This document shows positions 18,658 to 28,512 of a DNA stretch of 33,478 bases, one piece after another; the stretch's first letter is position 1, and each line of letters starts with the position of its first letter. Source of the stretch: a virus (lineage: Duplodnaviria > Caudoviricetes). Position numbers and translations under genes: made by a program. Where the stretch lies: the IMG/VR virus record IMGVR_UViG_3300017768_001407, positions 1 to 33,478 of that record. The stretch is one strand, 5' to 3'. A model generated the notes under the pieces. The model ran no database searches. It was not told the origin of the DNA and saw nothing but the letters and a program-made list of their open reading frames with translations.

Positions 18658-21600
18658 TTAAATTGTTATACCAGTTGCTCCCTCTAAATCCAAGTTTTCA
18701 CCTGCATTAGCAGAAGAACCATTCGTTCCATTTAATACTAAATTACCACCTGTTGTATCAGTTCCATCTTCTAGTGCTACATCACCAGTTGCTCTAACAT
18801 CAATAATTGCTTCGTGTACCACTGGTAGAGATCCCAGACCCATCTTATTAGGTGTAGTTTCTGGACTTAATGTGTAGTTCTCAAATGGAACATGACCAGA
18901 ATTAGTTATTAAGTTTGTGCTTTCTAAAGTTAATACTGTGGTTGTAGTTTCAAATGTTTCTAAGTTCACTCTAAATTTTTGTGCGTCAGAGTAAGTAGCA
19001 ACAATATCACCATCGAGTAATATGAATCCACTACTATCTTCCAATATAATATCATCAAAGTCATTTGCGGAGAAGTAATCCTCTAATACAATATTATCCA
19101 CTCCTTCTTGAAGCATTTTATCAAAGACAGAAGTACTGTCAAACTCTTCTGCTTCTACTTGACCATTACTATCTAAATCAAAATATCCTCTCTTGGTTGT
19201 TTCTTGTAATACTTTATAACCAGCAGATGTGGCATCACTATCAATACCATCTAATAATATTTGACCATTAGATTCTAATAGTATCTCATCTATTTCTATC
19301 GCATCTGGAAAATAGGTAGACTCAATTGTTTCTAATCTTATATGGTCTGGTTCAAATACATCACTTAATCTTATCTCACCAACTTGTTCAAATGTCAAAC
19401 CAGCATCTTCATAATCTTCTTCTAAATGAATTTTCTCACCAATATCTGCGATATCATCTCCTGGTGGAATAAACCATCTATCACCCTCTTGTCTAATTCT
19501 ACCACTATCTTCTAATAAAACAAATCCAGATTCGTCTTCAAGTATTGTAAATAATACTGGTTGTGGTATAACTTCTACACCATCTAATACAACATAACCT
19601 CCATTAAAACTTCCTGGAGTATCATTCTCTAATTGTATTCCTGCGTTCTCAGTAAATGGATAAAACGCAAGATCTAATAATAAGTTATCTCTTCGAAGTG
19701 ATGGTAATGATGTTTCTCGTTTAACATTAATAGTTTGTAATGCATAACCCTCAGCATCTCCACCTGGAGCAATAGATTCTTCTGACATTAATCTACCACC
19801 AGAGTTTCTATCTTCGAAAATTATACTATGTCCACTTTCAAGAACTAGTGTATCATTGATTTGTCCATCAAGTTTCTTGGCAGCAATACGCATCTGTAGA
19901 GTTTCATCAAACAGTGCTTCAAATGATGATGCAAGTATTGGTGAGAACTTTTCTCGATATTCTGGAGCAAAGGAACCTGCGTTTCTTAATCCGACAGATA
20001 TAGTTGATGCGATAGAAACTTTACCAAATGGTTGGAATCCAGCAGGATGTATTGCTCTCTTTAATTCATTAATATAAGTTGAGAATGATTGACCAACCTT
20101 AACTTCATAAGAATAATCTTGATAGTAATAAGAATCTTGAATACGAATTAAGTCTTCATCTATAATACTAAATGCATCAATGTAAGAACCTGCAGATTGC
20201 ATCCAAGTATCTATGGTAGATGTACCAGTACCTATATCAGCATTGATGATAGTACCACTCGCTCCACTAGAGTCAGTGATTACAACATCTCTATCTGAGA
20301 AATCTATCGGTTGTTCTAAAATTATATTATAGTTTTCATCTCTACTTCCAGTGGCAGTAGCATCAGCAACAATATAATATTGTGCCTCATCCTCTTCAAA
20401 TAAAATCTGTTCATTGTCTTCAAGAACTAAAGTATTACCAAATGTTTCATGTGAAACTCTACCACCTGTATGTTCTGTTAATAAGAAACTGCTATTACTT
20501 AATTCTTGATATGCGTTTATGACTAACTTGTCACCCTCATCTTGTACTGGTGCACCCTCTATACTTTCTTCTAATAAAAACTCTGGTCCATTTACATCAC
20601 CTAATACAGTGCCGATTGCTTGACCACTTTCTTGTCTTAGTGTATCAGTTGCATTATCAGATCTAGGTGTTCCTTCTTCAAGTAAAATAACAGACTCATA
20701 ACTAGTTGTACCATCTAATAAAATACTATCGTCTGCATCATTAATAGTATCTGGTAATTTTGGAGTTAATACTGTGTTACCAAAACCAGATAAGTTAGCA
20801 TTGTAATAATATAAAGTTGGTGAACTCGCAGCAACAACAAGTTTTAAAAATGCTCCAGCAGTGCCTTGTCTTATTGAAGTTGCACTTTTAGTAATACCAG
20901 TGGTATATTCTGTACCACTAGCATTAGTTCCATCAGGAGTTGTTGATAATTGAAACTTTCTGTTTAATGACTCACTTAAATTATAAAGTGAACTATCTGA
21001 TAAATCAAAGAAGTATGTGCTTCCCTCTAATAATTCTAAAGTTGGTGCTTCAATGCCATCAATGAAAAACTTTATAACATTCTCATCAGCAGATGAACTA
21101 CCAGCAGTAATCTTATATCTTCTGAATACATTTGATGGTGAAGTTGTTCCTGTACCATTAAGTGTAACAAACCCACCACCATCGAACTGTTGTATGTCCT
21201 CTAGTATAACACCAGCAGGTGTTAGTGTTTCGTTCTCAAGTTCTATACCTTGATTATTAGAACCATCAGACTCAGAAATAATTTCCTCTACATCTCTAAA
21301 GGTTGTCTCAAGAACCTGCGTATCAGCATTGTAGGACTTCACAGTACCACTGTGAGTTGTTAAAGTATTAGTTGCAGCAAATGTACCACTAACATTTTTT
21401 AGTACAAAGTGTGCTCTAAAATCTAATTCTGGTGGATTATCAGAAGTATGACTAAATCCTGGATTAATAATTTTAAGTCCAGTGGCACGACCAATGTCAG
21501 TTGTTAGTGTTAATAATTTTGCTCCTGTACCACTTGTGCTTGTTATAGTAAGAACTGGAAGTTTAGTGTATCCTTCGCCACCATTGTTTACAAATACTTT

Positions 21601-23328
21601 ACGAATGTTTCCTTCTTCAGTAGCAACAGATAAATTAGCAAATGTTCCACTTTCTAATACAATTAAATCATCATTCGTAGTATATGTGTCTTGAGTTTCT
21701 TGTAATGTATCTGTTAATAATTGATGTCCTGCATCGGCAGTACCATTTGTACTATCAAGCAGTATGTAATTTGATTCATTACCTCTTACAAATATTTTAA
21801 CACCATCTGCTGGTGCGTTAGTAAATGTTAGAGTTGTTCCAGATGCAGTCCAAACTGTTTCATTAAGTAAGTTCGTTGTTGCTAAATTTACATCATCTAT
21901 CTGTAATGTAATTGTATCAGTGTTAGCATTTAGATTTGATAATGTAAATACTTTTATTTCACCATCACCTCTAAAGAAATCTGATAAATCATTGCCTTCT
22001 TCTAGAGCAATCTGAAATGGTTGTAACGATGATGAAGTCCCATCTTCTAAAACAATATTATTTGCATTATCTTCTGATAATATACCACCACCAACTACAC
22101 TAACAAATGCATCAGCAGTTGATACATCTTGGTCATCTGAATTAGCAGTAAACACTATATCATCACCAACCTCATATCCTGTACCAACAGTATTAACAAA
22201 CACTTCACTTACTGAACCACCTGCTACAGATTCTACTTGAACTTTTTCTAATCCACTTCCTAATCCCTCAACATCAATATCTTCACTGACTGAGTGTAAG
22301 ATACCATCGTTAACAACTGTTGCTTTATTGACTACTGATGAAACTGTATAAGTTACATCAGTATTTCTTGTTGCTGATGTACAAGTTATAATTTCCCCAT
22401 CATTAAATGTGCCAACTATATCATCAATAATAAACTCAGTAACTGTAAAAGATCCTTCAACAAATGTACCAACACTTACCACTGTAGCAGTCGCACCAGA
22501 AACTTTACCTGTTATTAATTGTGACAGTGCTTCTTCACCACTAACACCACTGGATGTTGTACATCTTAATACAGCATTAGAACTCCAGTTACCATTAGAA
22601 ACTTTAAGCATAAATTGGTTAGGATAGACTATCTCAGCATTCTCTCCTAACAACAATCTAAGAAATAACTTATGTCCTTCTGATGTACCTTTAGCAGTAT
22701 AAAGGTCTCGAATGTTTTTAATTAAATCTCTTTTAGAAACACCACTTGCTAAAGAATCTGGTATATCGTTCATAAATGATTCTTTCATTTGAGTTAAGAA
22801 ATCAAATATGTTATTATCTACATCTGCGTAATCTAATAATTGTTGAATGTTTTGAACAGGGTTAGCACGATACTCTGTTACTGTTGCAGTAGAACCAGAG
22901 GTTGCACCTGTAATAGTTTCACCAGTAATAAACTTTTGTTGAGATGTTATAAACATCTGTTCATTTCTAGAGTCTTCTACAAGAACAGTAGCAGTGGCAC
23001 CAGATGTGCTACCAGTAACTATTTCATTATTTTCAAAATGACCAGTAGAACCATTGTCGCCTCTTTCTGTAACTATCCTATCTTCAATATGGTCAGGGTG
23101 TTCATCGGTATAACCCTCAAGCACAACATACTCAGTATCATTTGTTTCTGTTATAATATACTGAATATCAGAATCGTATTTAATTCTTCCTGCTTCTAAG
23201 AACTGATAATAGTGTTTTAAAAATGTGACAAAGAATGGATGGTCAGACTGAATGAAGTCAGGCACTTGCCCTTCAATCAAAGGTGATAATTTTGTTACCA
23301 GTTTTGACTTGCTCTCTATATCACTCAT
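18658..23328 (-). CDS. gp7: Baseplate wedge initiator gp7-like protein, extended
   Basis: QVPDFI...FLKHYYQFLE, LIKNIRDLYTAKGT...LFLRLL and IQDSYYYQDYSYEVK...HPAGF motifs; lies between gp6 and gp8. Confidence 0.8.
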   Translation of the reverse strand: MSDIESKSKLVTKLSPLIEGQVPDFIQSDHPFFVTFLKHYYQFLEAGRIKYDSDIQYIITETNDTEYVVLEGYTDEHPDHIEDRIVTERGDNGSTGHFENNEIVTGSTSGATATVLVEDSRNEQMFITSQQKFITGETITGATSGSTATVTEYRANPVQNIQQLLDYADVDNNIFDFLTQMKESFMNDIPDSLASGVSKRDLIKNIRDLYTAKGTSEGHKLFLRLLLGENAEIVYPNQFMLKVSNGNWSSNAVLRCTTSSGVSGEEALSQLITGKVSGATATVVSVGTFVEGSFTVTEFIIDDIVGTFNDGEIITCTSATRNTDVTYTVSSVVNKATVVNDGILHSVSEDIDVEGLGSGLEKVQVESVAGGSVSEVFVNTVGTGYEVGDDIVFTANSDDQDVSTADAFVSVVGGGILSEDNANNIVLEDGTSSSLQPFQIALEEGNDLSDFFRGDGEIKVFTLSNLNANTDTITLQIDDVNLATTNLLNETVWTASGTTLTFTNAPADGVKIFVRGNESNYILLDSTNGTADAGHQLLTDTLQETQDTYTTNDDLIVLESGTFANLSVATEEGNIRKVFVNNGGEGYTKLPVLTITSTSGTGAKLLTLTTDIGRATGLKIINPGFSHTSDNPPELDFRAHFVLKNVSGTFAATNTLTTHSGTVKSYNADTQVLETTFRDVEEIISESDGSNNQGIELENETLTPAGVILEDIQQFDGGGFVTLNGTGTTSPSNVFRRYKITAGSSSADENVIKFFIDGIEAPTLELLEGSTYFFDLSDSSLYNLSESLNRKFQLSTTPDGTNASGTEYTTGITKSATSIRQGTAGAFLKLVVAASSPTLYYYNANLSGFGNTVLTPKLPDTINDADDSILLDGTTSYESVILLEEGTPRSDNATDTLRQESGQAIGTVLGDVNGPEFLLEESIEGAPVQDEGDKLVINAYQELSNSSFLLTEHTGGRVSHETFGNTLVLEDNEQILFEEDEAQYYIVADATATGSRDENYNIILEQPIDFSDRDVVITDSSGASGTIINADIGTGTSTIDTWMQSAGSYIDAFSIIDEDLIRIQDSYYYQDYSYEVKVGQSFSTYINELKRAIHPAGFQPFGKVSIASTISVGLRNAGSFAPEYREKFSPILASSFEALFDETLQMRIAAKKLDGQINDTLVLESGHSIIFEDRNSGGRLMSEESIAPGGDAEGYALQTINVKRETSLPSLRRDNLLLDLAFYPFTENAGIQLENDTPGSFNGGYVVLDGVEVIPQPVLFTILEDESGFVLLEDSGRIRQEGDRWFIPPGDDIADIGEKIHLEEDYEDAGLTFEQVGEIRLSDVFEPDHIRLETIESTYFPDAIEIDEILLESNGQILLDGIDSDATSAGYKVLQETTKRGYFDLDSNGQVEAEEFDSTSVFDKMLQEGVDNIVLEDYFSANDFDDIILEDSSGFILLDGDIVATYSDAQKFRVNLETFETTTTVLTLESTNLITNSGHVPFENYTLSPETTPNKMGLGSLPVVHEAIIDVRATGDVALEDGTDTTGGNLVLNGTNGSSANAGENLDLEGATGITI

Positions 23329-23331
23329 TTT

Positions 23332-25272
23332 TTAATATGATGTTGTTGGTGTTGTAGTCGAAGTTGTATTTACTGAAGTTGTAGATGTAACACCTGTAGA
23401 AGTTACACTGTAACCTACACCAGTTGTTGCCTCAGCATCAACTCTACTGTTAACAACTGTGTTACCTGCATCAATCTCTAATATTTGGTTTCTAACTGGA
23501 ACTATATCATAAGAATCTGGTATAGCAACAATTCTAATATCTAAAGATGTAGAACCATCAACTAATCCAACACCTGTAATATTAACTGCACCAACTGATA
23601 TAATTCCATTATCATAATCAATAGTTCCTGCATTTGAGTTTAAATAAACTCTTGTGCCTTCAGAACCTACTAAAGAATATATTCTTAAGTTACCATTACC
23701 ATCATCATCAAAGAAATATTCTGTTGCTCCATTGTCTACAAAAAATCCTGTAGAAGCAATCACGCCACCACTCATTGCTAGGTGACCAGCATGTGGATTG
23801 TAAATTTTATTACTGTAATTAATTGTATATGACGCATTCTCAGAAGGCGATACAGGTCTAATAAGTTTTGCCATGCTCACAACTGTAGTGTTGCTTAAAA
23901 TAGAACTGTCAGTATTATCTATCAAACCAGTCATTCTAGAATGTCTGAATGAACTGTTAAATTGTTTTAGTGATGAATTATTATAATTGGTAATAGTAGA
24001 CCTAACCAATGTTTCGAGTTCTTCTTTAGATTTAGTTGTTGCTGTTGAGTCAAAATTAAAAGTAGTATTTAAAATTAAAGTTGTAGTATCAGGGTCAACT
24101 ATTACTGGTGTGATAGAAGCAACTTTAAATGGTGAAAGAGCAGAAACTAAGTTGCTCTTTTGTGTTGATGTTAAATCTTGTCCTGTTGTAGTTTTGATAG
24201 AAATGAAAACTTTACCATATTCTGGATTTGCTGATACACCTGTGCTAGTATCAAAACTTCCATCTTCGCCACCCCAAACAGATACTGCTTGAGTGTTAGC
24301 AAATAATTTTTTAACATAAACTTTATAATCGTTAGGAGTTACACATCTTCCTTGAGACGCATAATCTAATGGTGCGTTTAATTTAATCGACCTGATTGAC
24401 TCAGGTTCAGCACCACCAATAGAGGATGCTGTTGTAGTAACAGTAACATTAGTGACACCATCTATACTAGCAGGTGGACTAAATGTGTTAGAACCATTTG
24501 AGATTGATTTATTAGTTACAATATATTGTAGTATAACTATGTTGCCATCAGACAATGCTTTACTTACTAAACCATCACCAAAGTAAATTTCAAACAAACC
24601 ACTATCAGTTTCTTGTAAAAAATAAACATCACTAGTGCTAGCAAGTTGAGTTATGTCTGTTGCTTTAGTGAAAGTTGTTGTAGTTGTATCAGTTGAAGAT
24701 GTTTGGACTTTAACAGTTAAAGTAGAAGCATCTGCTCTAACATCTTGTAATACAAATCTTTGGTCTACATCACTGTTATCTACAGTGTATCTTTCTGTAA
24801 TATATGTTCCTTCATATAGTTTAACACTAGGGAATATAATTTCTCCACCAACATTAGAACCACTTATATCTGAGATATTTACATACTGATAAGATGACCC
24901 ATCTAGACTTGTAGAAAATACTGTTCCTGCAGATAATGTCTTTGTAGTTTCAGGTGTAATTAATTTAACATCAACTGTAGCAACAGGTGCTCTTGCTGAA
25001 GTTACTTCGTATCCTAAACTCTTAGCATGAGATACTACACTTGAACGAAGTGATGCACTATCTAAGTACATTTCATTTGCTAACATATTAGCATTCATTG
25101 CAAGATAGTGAGTATTGTATGCGAGAGTATCTAACAGGATATTCATACCTGCTCCCTCAAAGTCATAGTCTTTAAATTGTTGTTGTGACTTTAAGAATGT
25201 TTTTAAATTAGTCTTTACATTATCAAAGTCTAATTCTGTTACTCTTAATCTCTTATCGTTTACTGTTGCCAT
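23332..25272 (-). CDS. gp6: Baseplate wedge subunit gp6
   Basis: ELDFDNVKTNLKTFL, DYDFEG, LAYNTHY, SVVSHAKSLGY, FGDG, GGAEPES, QGRCVT..DY and YGKVFISIK. Confidence 0.95.
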   Translation of the reverse strand: MATVNDKRLRVTELDFDNVKTNLKTFLKSQQQFKDYDFEGAGMNILLDTLAYNTHYLAMNANMLANEMYLDSASLRSSVVSHAKSLGYEVTSARAPVATVDVKLITPETTKTLSAGTVFSTSLDGSSYQYVNISDISGSNVGGEIIFPSVKLYEGTYITERYTVDNSDVDQRFVLQDVRADASTLTVKVQTSSTDTTTTTFTKATDITQLASTSDVYFLQETDSGLFEIYFGDGLVSKALSDGNIVILQYIVTNKSISNGSNTFSPPASIDGVTNVTVTTTASSIGGAEPESIRSIKLNAPLDYASQGRCVTPNDYKVYVKKLFANTQAVSVWGGEDGSFDTSTGVSANPEYGKVFISIKTTTGQDLTSTQKSNLVSALSPFKVASITPVIVDPDTTTLILNTTFNFDSTATTKSKEELETLVRSTITNYNNSSLKQFNSSFRHSRMTGLIDNTDSSILSNTTVVSMAKLIRPVSPSENASYTINYSNKIYNPHAGHLAMSGGVIASTGFFVDNGATEYFFDDDGNGNLRIYSLVGSEGTRVYLNSNAGTIDYDNGIISVGAVNITGVGLVDGSTSLDIRIVAIPDSYDIVPVRNQILEIDAGNTVVNSRVDAEATTGVGYSVTSTGVTSTTSVNTTSTTTPTTSY

Positions 25273-25715
25273 TATCGTAATCTCTCTAATATGACATCTA
25301 GTTCTACTAATTCTGTTGGAGCATTTACCACATAGAATTCAATAGTAACATCATATTCATTTCTGTCTAGGTTTGGGTTAGCACGAACACCAACAAGTCT
25401 TGCTCTTGGTTCGTAGTTCTCTATAACATCTTGTATTTTTCTTGCTAGTATTTGTGCTGTAACAGGTGTCATTAATTCAAATAACATGTCACGCACACCA
25501 GAACCAATCTCTGGATGAAAAGGTTTCTCATAGTGGTTAAGTAAAACTAAATTTCTAATAGATCTCTTAACTGCTTGAACATCAGTAATTATATTGATGT
25601 CAGTATTGCCACCATTTTTACGAAAGAATAAATCTAAGTCACTATATTTTTGTGAGTTTCTTTCACTGTCATTTACAGTTTGTGCATCGTAATATGATTT
25701 TGATGTGTTCGCCAT
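25272..25715 (-). CDS. gp25: Baseplate wedge protein gp25
   Basis: YSDLDL.F, AVKRSIRNLV, EKPFHPEIGS, IENYEPR. Likely ATG at 25715. Confidence 0.93.
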   Translation of the reverse strand: MANTSKSYYDAQTVNDSERNSQKYSDLDLFFRKNGGNTDINIITDVQAVKRSIRNLVLLNHYEKPFHPEIGSGVRDMLFELMTPVTAQILARKIQDVIENYEPRARLVGVRANPNLDRNEYDVTIEFYVVNAPTELVELDVILERLR

Positions 25716-25739
25716 TAGCAAGTCCTTTGTAATATAACA

Positions 25740-25747
25740 TATTTATA
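25740..25747 (-). promoter_or_regulatory. T4-type late promoter TATAAATA
   Basis: Exact consensus about 25 nt upstream of gp25. Confidence 0.85.
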
Positions 25748-25774
25748 ACGAATCTAGTAATAGTTAGATAACTT

Positions 25775-26851
25775 TTAAGTAGGAACTGCTCTTCCAAGTT
25801 CTGCATACCAATCATTTAATTCAAATGGTTCGATGTTTGGATTACTTTCAGTATAATCATAATCACTATCATAACCTGTAACTTCTTTTAAATATTTGTC
25901 ATATAAAGTTTTATCAGCAACTGGATTCTTTTCAAACTCTTCTAGTTTAGGAAACTTTGACGCATCTAGTTTTATAAAGTTAGTTATCTGATCTTCTGTA
26001 TAATCTACAACTACTTCTTTAACATAATCAAACCTGCCATTATTTCTCATTCGTTGTCTATCTCTTGCCCTTTTTTGTTCATCTGTTGTTCCACCAGCAT
26101 CCTTGACTATAAGTGCTGCTGTCATTGCCTTTGCTTTTTTTAGTGCCCCATTGTGCCCATAGGATGCTATTTTTAAAGTAGGTATACGATAATCTTCTTC
26201 GGTGTCTACTTCTTTATCAGCAAGAGTAACATTTTCTGCGAATGAAGTTTGAACTTTTGGTTGTTCTACACCATCTATTACAGTGGATACACTTGGTACA
26301 GTTACATTAGGTGCTGAACAAGCATCTCCTTTTAATAGTGTGTCTACATCAAAGTCTGGAAAATTCTTTTTAAGTCCTGCTACTTTTAATAATGACTCTG
26401 GATTAGCAGCACCTAAACTAGTTCTTAAATTTTGAATTGATTTTAATTGATTTTGTAAATCTAAATCTGGAACTAATTCTGCCAATCTAGAAGGATCTAG
26501 ATTTAATAATGTGTCTACATCTATACCTGGAAACTTGCCTTTAAGTGATGAAACTGCTAACAATGACTGTTGACTAGCAGCACCTAAATTAGATTGTAAA
26601 TCTTTAATTGATTTTAATTGGTCTTGTAAACCTAAGTCTTGTATACTAGGTAGTTCTGGTACTAAACCTTTTGCCTTATTTTTTAAAGAATCTATGTTAC
26701 CTTGTACAGAAGATAACATCCCTGTTGGGTCTGCTTCTTCTTGTATCTTTGATAACAAAGTATCTTGAAAAGAATCTACCTCTGTTAATAGACTATTAAG
26801 TTTCTCATTAGATCCGCATGCTTTTGCTGTTAAATCTTTAAAGTTTGCCAT
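25775..26851 (-). CDS. Hypothetical protein with an internal duplication of 57-codon period
   Basis: 358-aa ORF between gp5 and gp25; LQDQLKSI...LGAA...SLL.V..LK..FP..DVDTLL occurs twice. Confidence 0.8.
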   Translation of the reverse strand: MANFKDLTAKACGSNEKLNSLLTEVDSFQDTLLSKIQEEADPTGMLSSVQGNIDSLKNKAKGLVPELPSIQDLGLQDQLKSIKDLQSNLGAASQQSLLAVSSLKGKFPGIDVDTLLNLDPSRLAELVPDLDLQNQLKSIQNLRTSLGAANPESLLKVAGLKKNFPDFDVDTLLKGDACSAPNVTVPSVSTVIDGVEQPKVQTSFAENVTLADKEVDTEEDYRIPTLKIASYGHNGALKKAKAMTAALIVKDAGGTTDEQKRARDRQRMRNNGRFDYVKEVVVDYTEDQITNFIKLDASKFPKLEEFEKNPVADKTLYDKYLKEVTGYDSDYDYTESNPNIEPFELNDWYAELGRAVPT

Positions 26852-26860
26852 TGTTCTTTC

Positions 26861-28318
26861 CTATGCTACTGGTGCCAGTGTGTTACCTTGTACAGTTGCA
26901 TCTACACCAGTGTCTGGTTGTCCATGTACATGACCTGTAAGTTCTATCGCAGTACCACCACCATTCTTCGCAGTAACTGTGCTTGAGTTACCACTAAACA
27001 ATAATGTACCAACTGCTTCTGATTTAATATTCATATTTGTTCCTGCTTTTAAATTAGTTACAGTTCCAGATATAAGATCTATATTGGCAGCACTAAATGC
27101 AGTCAATCTTTTGTCACTAACTAATGACGATTCTTCAACAGATTTAATTAATGATTGACCTGTAACACTTAAAGTAAACGAAGCACCAACTTGTCTAACA
27201 TCATTACCAGCAACTGTTACAATAGAATCTTTATTCGGCGAATCTTCGCGTGTTCCTATTGCTCCTGAAATACCACCCTCAATACTAAATGTATGATTAC
27301 CTCTAATCACTTCTTCTAAGTTACCACCACCTTTTTTTGTTTCCCCATCATCGACTTGCTTTGCACCAATTTTTACTTTTTCATTACCATCAATTTTCCT
27401 TGTAAAATCTCCACCAACTTCTAAAACATAATCTCCTTTAACTCTATGTCTTAGAGTTCCGTCAGTTACTACATTAGCATTACCCATAATATAAACATTA
27501 GAATCACCAGTAACAATAAGATAATCGTCTGCTCTTTGGTCTTCAATATCACCACCAACTCTTACAGTTCTAGTAGTGTTTGTTATTTCTTCGTAAGTAC
27601 CATTCTTGTGTTGTCTTAATAATCTTTCACCATTAGGTGTATCATCTATTTCTAGTATGTGCCCAGACTCAGATTCGTGTACATGATTAAAAGGATAGAC
27701 ACCTGTGTTTGTTTCATCTGTAGTTTCTACACCTCTAGGATGCGGTTCACTAAAGGAAGATGCTGTTTCTGTTTTACTTTTATCATTTACAACTTTTAAG
27801 TCTGGTTTGATTGCATTTTGAATAGTAGGTGTTTCTGACCTATTACCTCTCCTTTCAATTAATGCCCTATGACCTTCAGCATCAACTCCTCTAGCAAGTT
27901 TTGATACATCCGATTCATCTAAACTATGAAATGAATGTTCTACACTATCAGTAGGATACTTTCCTGTTGGATCGTTAAAACCTTTTGTTGTGTCTGGAGT
28001 AGCAGATGGATATCCTGGAAGTGTACCCATGATAATTGGTTGTTGTTTTTCTACTGCGTCACGAAAGAATCCAATAACCCATGTGCCTTCTACTAGAAAA
28101 CTTGGAGTGTTTCCTAAACCTTGCATTGCTGGATCGGTAACAGGGTGCATGACATGTGCCCAAGGAAGATCTTCCGTAGGAATGTCTGTTAGTTTTTCTG
28201 AATGGAAACCCAAACAACGAACTTGTACTCTACCAAGTTTTGCTGGGTCTTGTCTATTCTCAACAACTCCAGTGAACCAGACAAAACCATCTAGTCCCAT
28301 AAAGTAAGATTCGCTCAT
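26861..28318 (-). CDS. gp5: Baseplate hub/central spike gp5 (OB-fold plus beta-helix; no lysozyme domain)
   Basis: FVWFTGVVENRQDP..LGRVQVRCLGFH...LPWA...GTWVIGFFRD...PIIMGT and YPFNHVHESESGH..EIDDTP..ER. Likely ATG at 28318 after GGAG. Confidence 0.92.
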   Translation of the reverse strand: MSESYFMGLDGFVWFTGVVENRQDPAKLGRVQVRCLGFHSEKLTDIPTEDLPWAHVMHPVTDPAMQGLGNTPSFLVEGTWVIGFFRDAVEKQQPIIMGTLPGYPSATPDTTKGFNDPTGKYPTDSVEHSFHSLDESDVSKLARGVDAEGHRALIERRGNRSETPTIQNAIKPDLKVVNDKSKTETASSFSEPHPRGVETTDETNTGVYPFNHVHESESGHILEIDDTPNGERLLRQHKNGTYEEITNTTRTVRVGGDIEDQRADDYLIVTGDSNVYIMGNANVVTDGTLRHRVKGDYVLEVGGDFTRKIDGNEKVKIGAKQVDDGETKKGGGNLEEVIRGNHTFSIEGGISGAIGTREDSPNKDSIVTVAGNDVRQVGASFTLSVTGQSLIKSVEESSLVSDKRLTAFSAANIDLISGTVTNLKAGTNMNIKSEAVGTLLFSGNSSTVTAKNGGGTAIELTGHVHGQPDTGVDATVQGNTLAPVA

Positions 28319-28343
28319 TAAAAAATACTCCAATGTTTCAGAG

Positions 28344-28351
28344 TATTTATA
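28344..28351 (-). promoter_or_regulatory. T4-type late promoter TATAAATA
   Basis: Exact consensus about 25 nt upstream of gp5; marks the start of the late block. Confidence 0.85.
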
Positions 28352-28356
28352 TAAGT

Positions 28357-28503
28357 TTAATAAACGATTTTAGTGATTAGTTCTTCACGCATTAAAGTTA
28401 TACCCATCTCAAACATCTCTATCATAAAACTCAACATCTTTTGTTTCATAACTTCATCAGTTATCAATGGCATACAACTATATCCTGTATCAATATAATC
28501 CAT
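28357..28503 (-). CDS. Small hypothetical protein, 48 aa, Met-rich
   Basis: Not in the ORF track. Strong SD TAAGGAG 5 nt before the ATG. MDYIDTGYSCMPLITDEVMKQKMLSFMIEMFEMGITLMREELITKIVY; fills the gap between its neighbours. Confidence 0.65.
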   Translation of the reverse strand: MDYIDTGYSCMPLITDEVMKQKMLSFMIEMFEMGITLMREELITKIVY

Positions 28504-28512
28504 AGTTACTCC

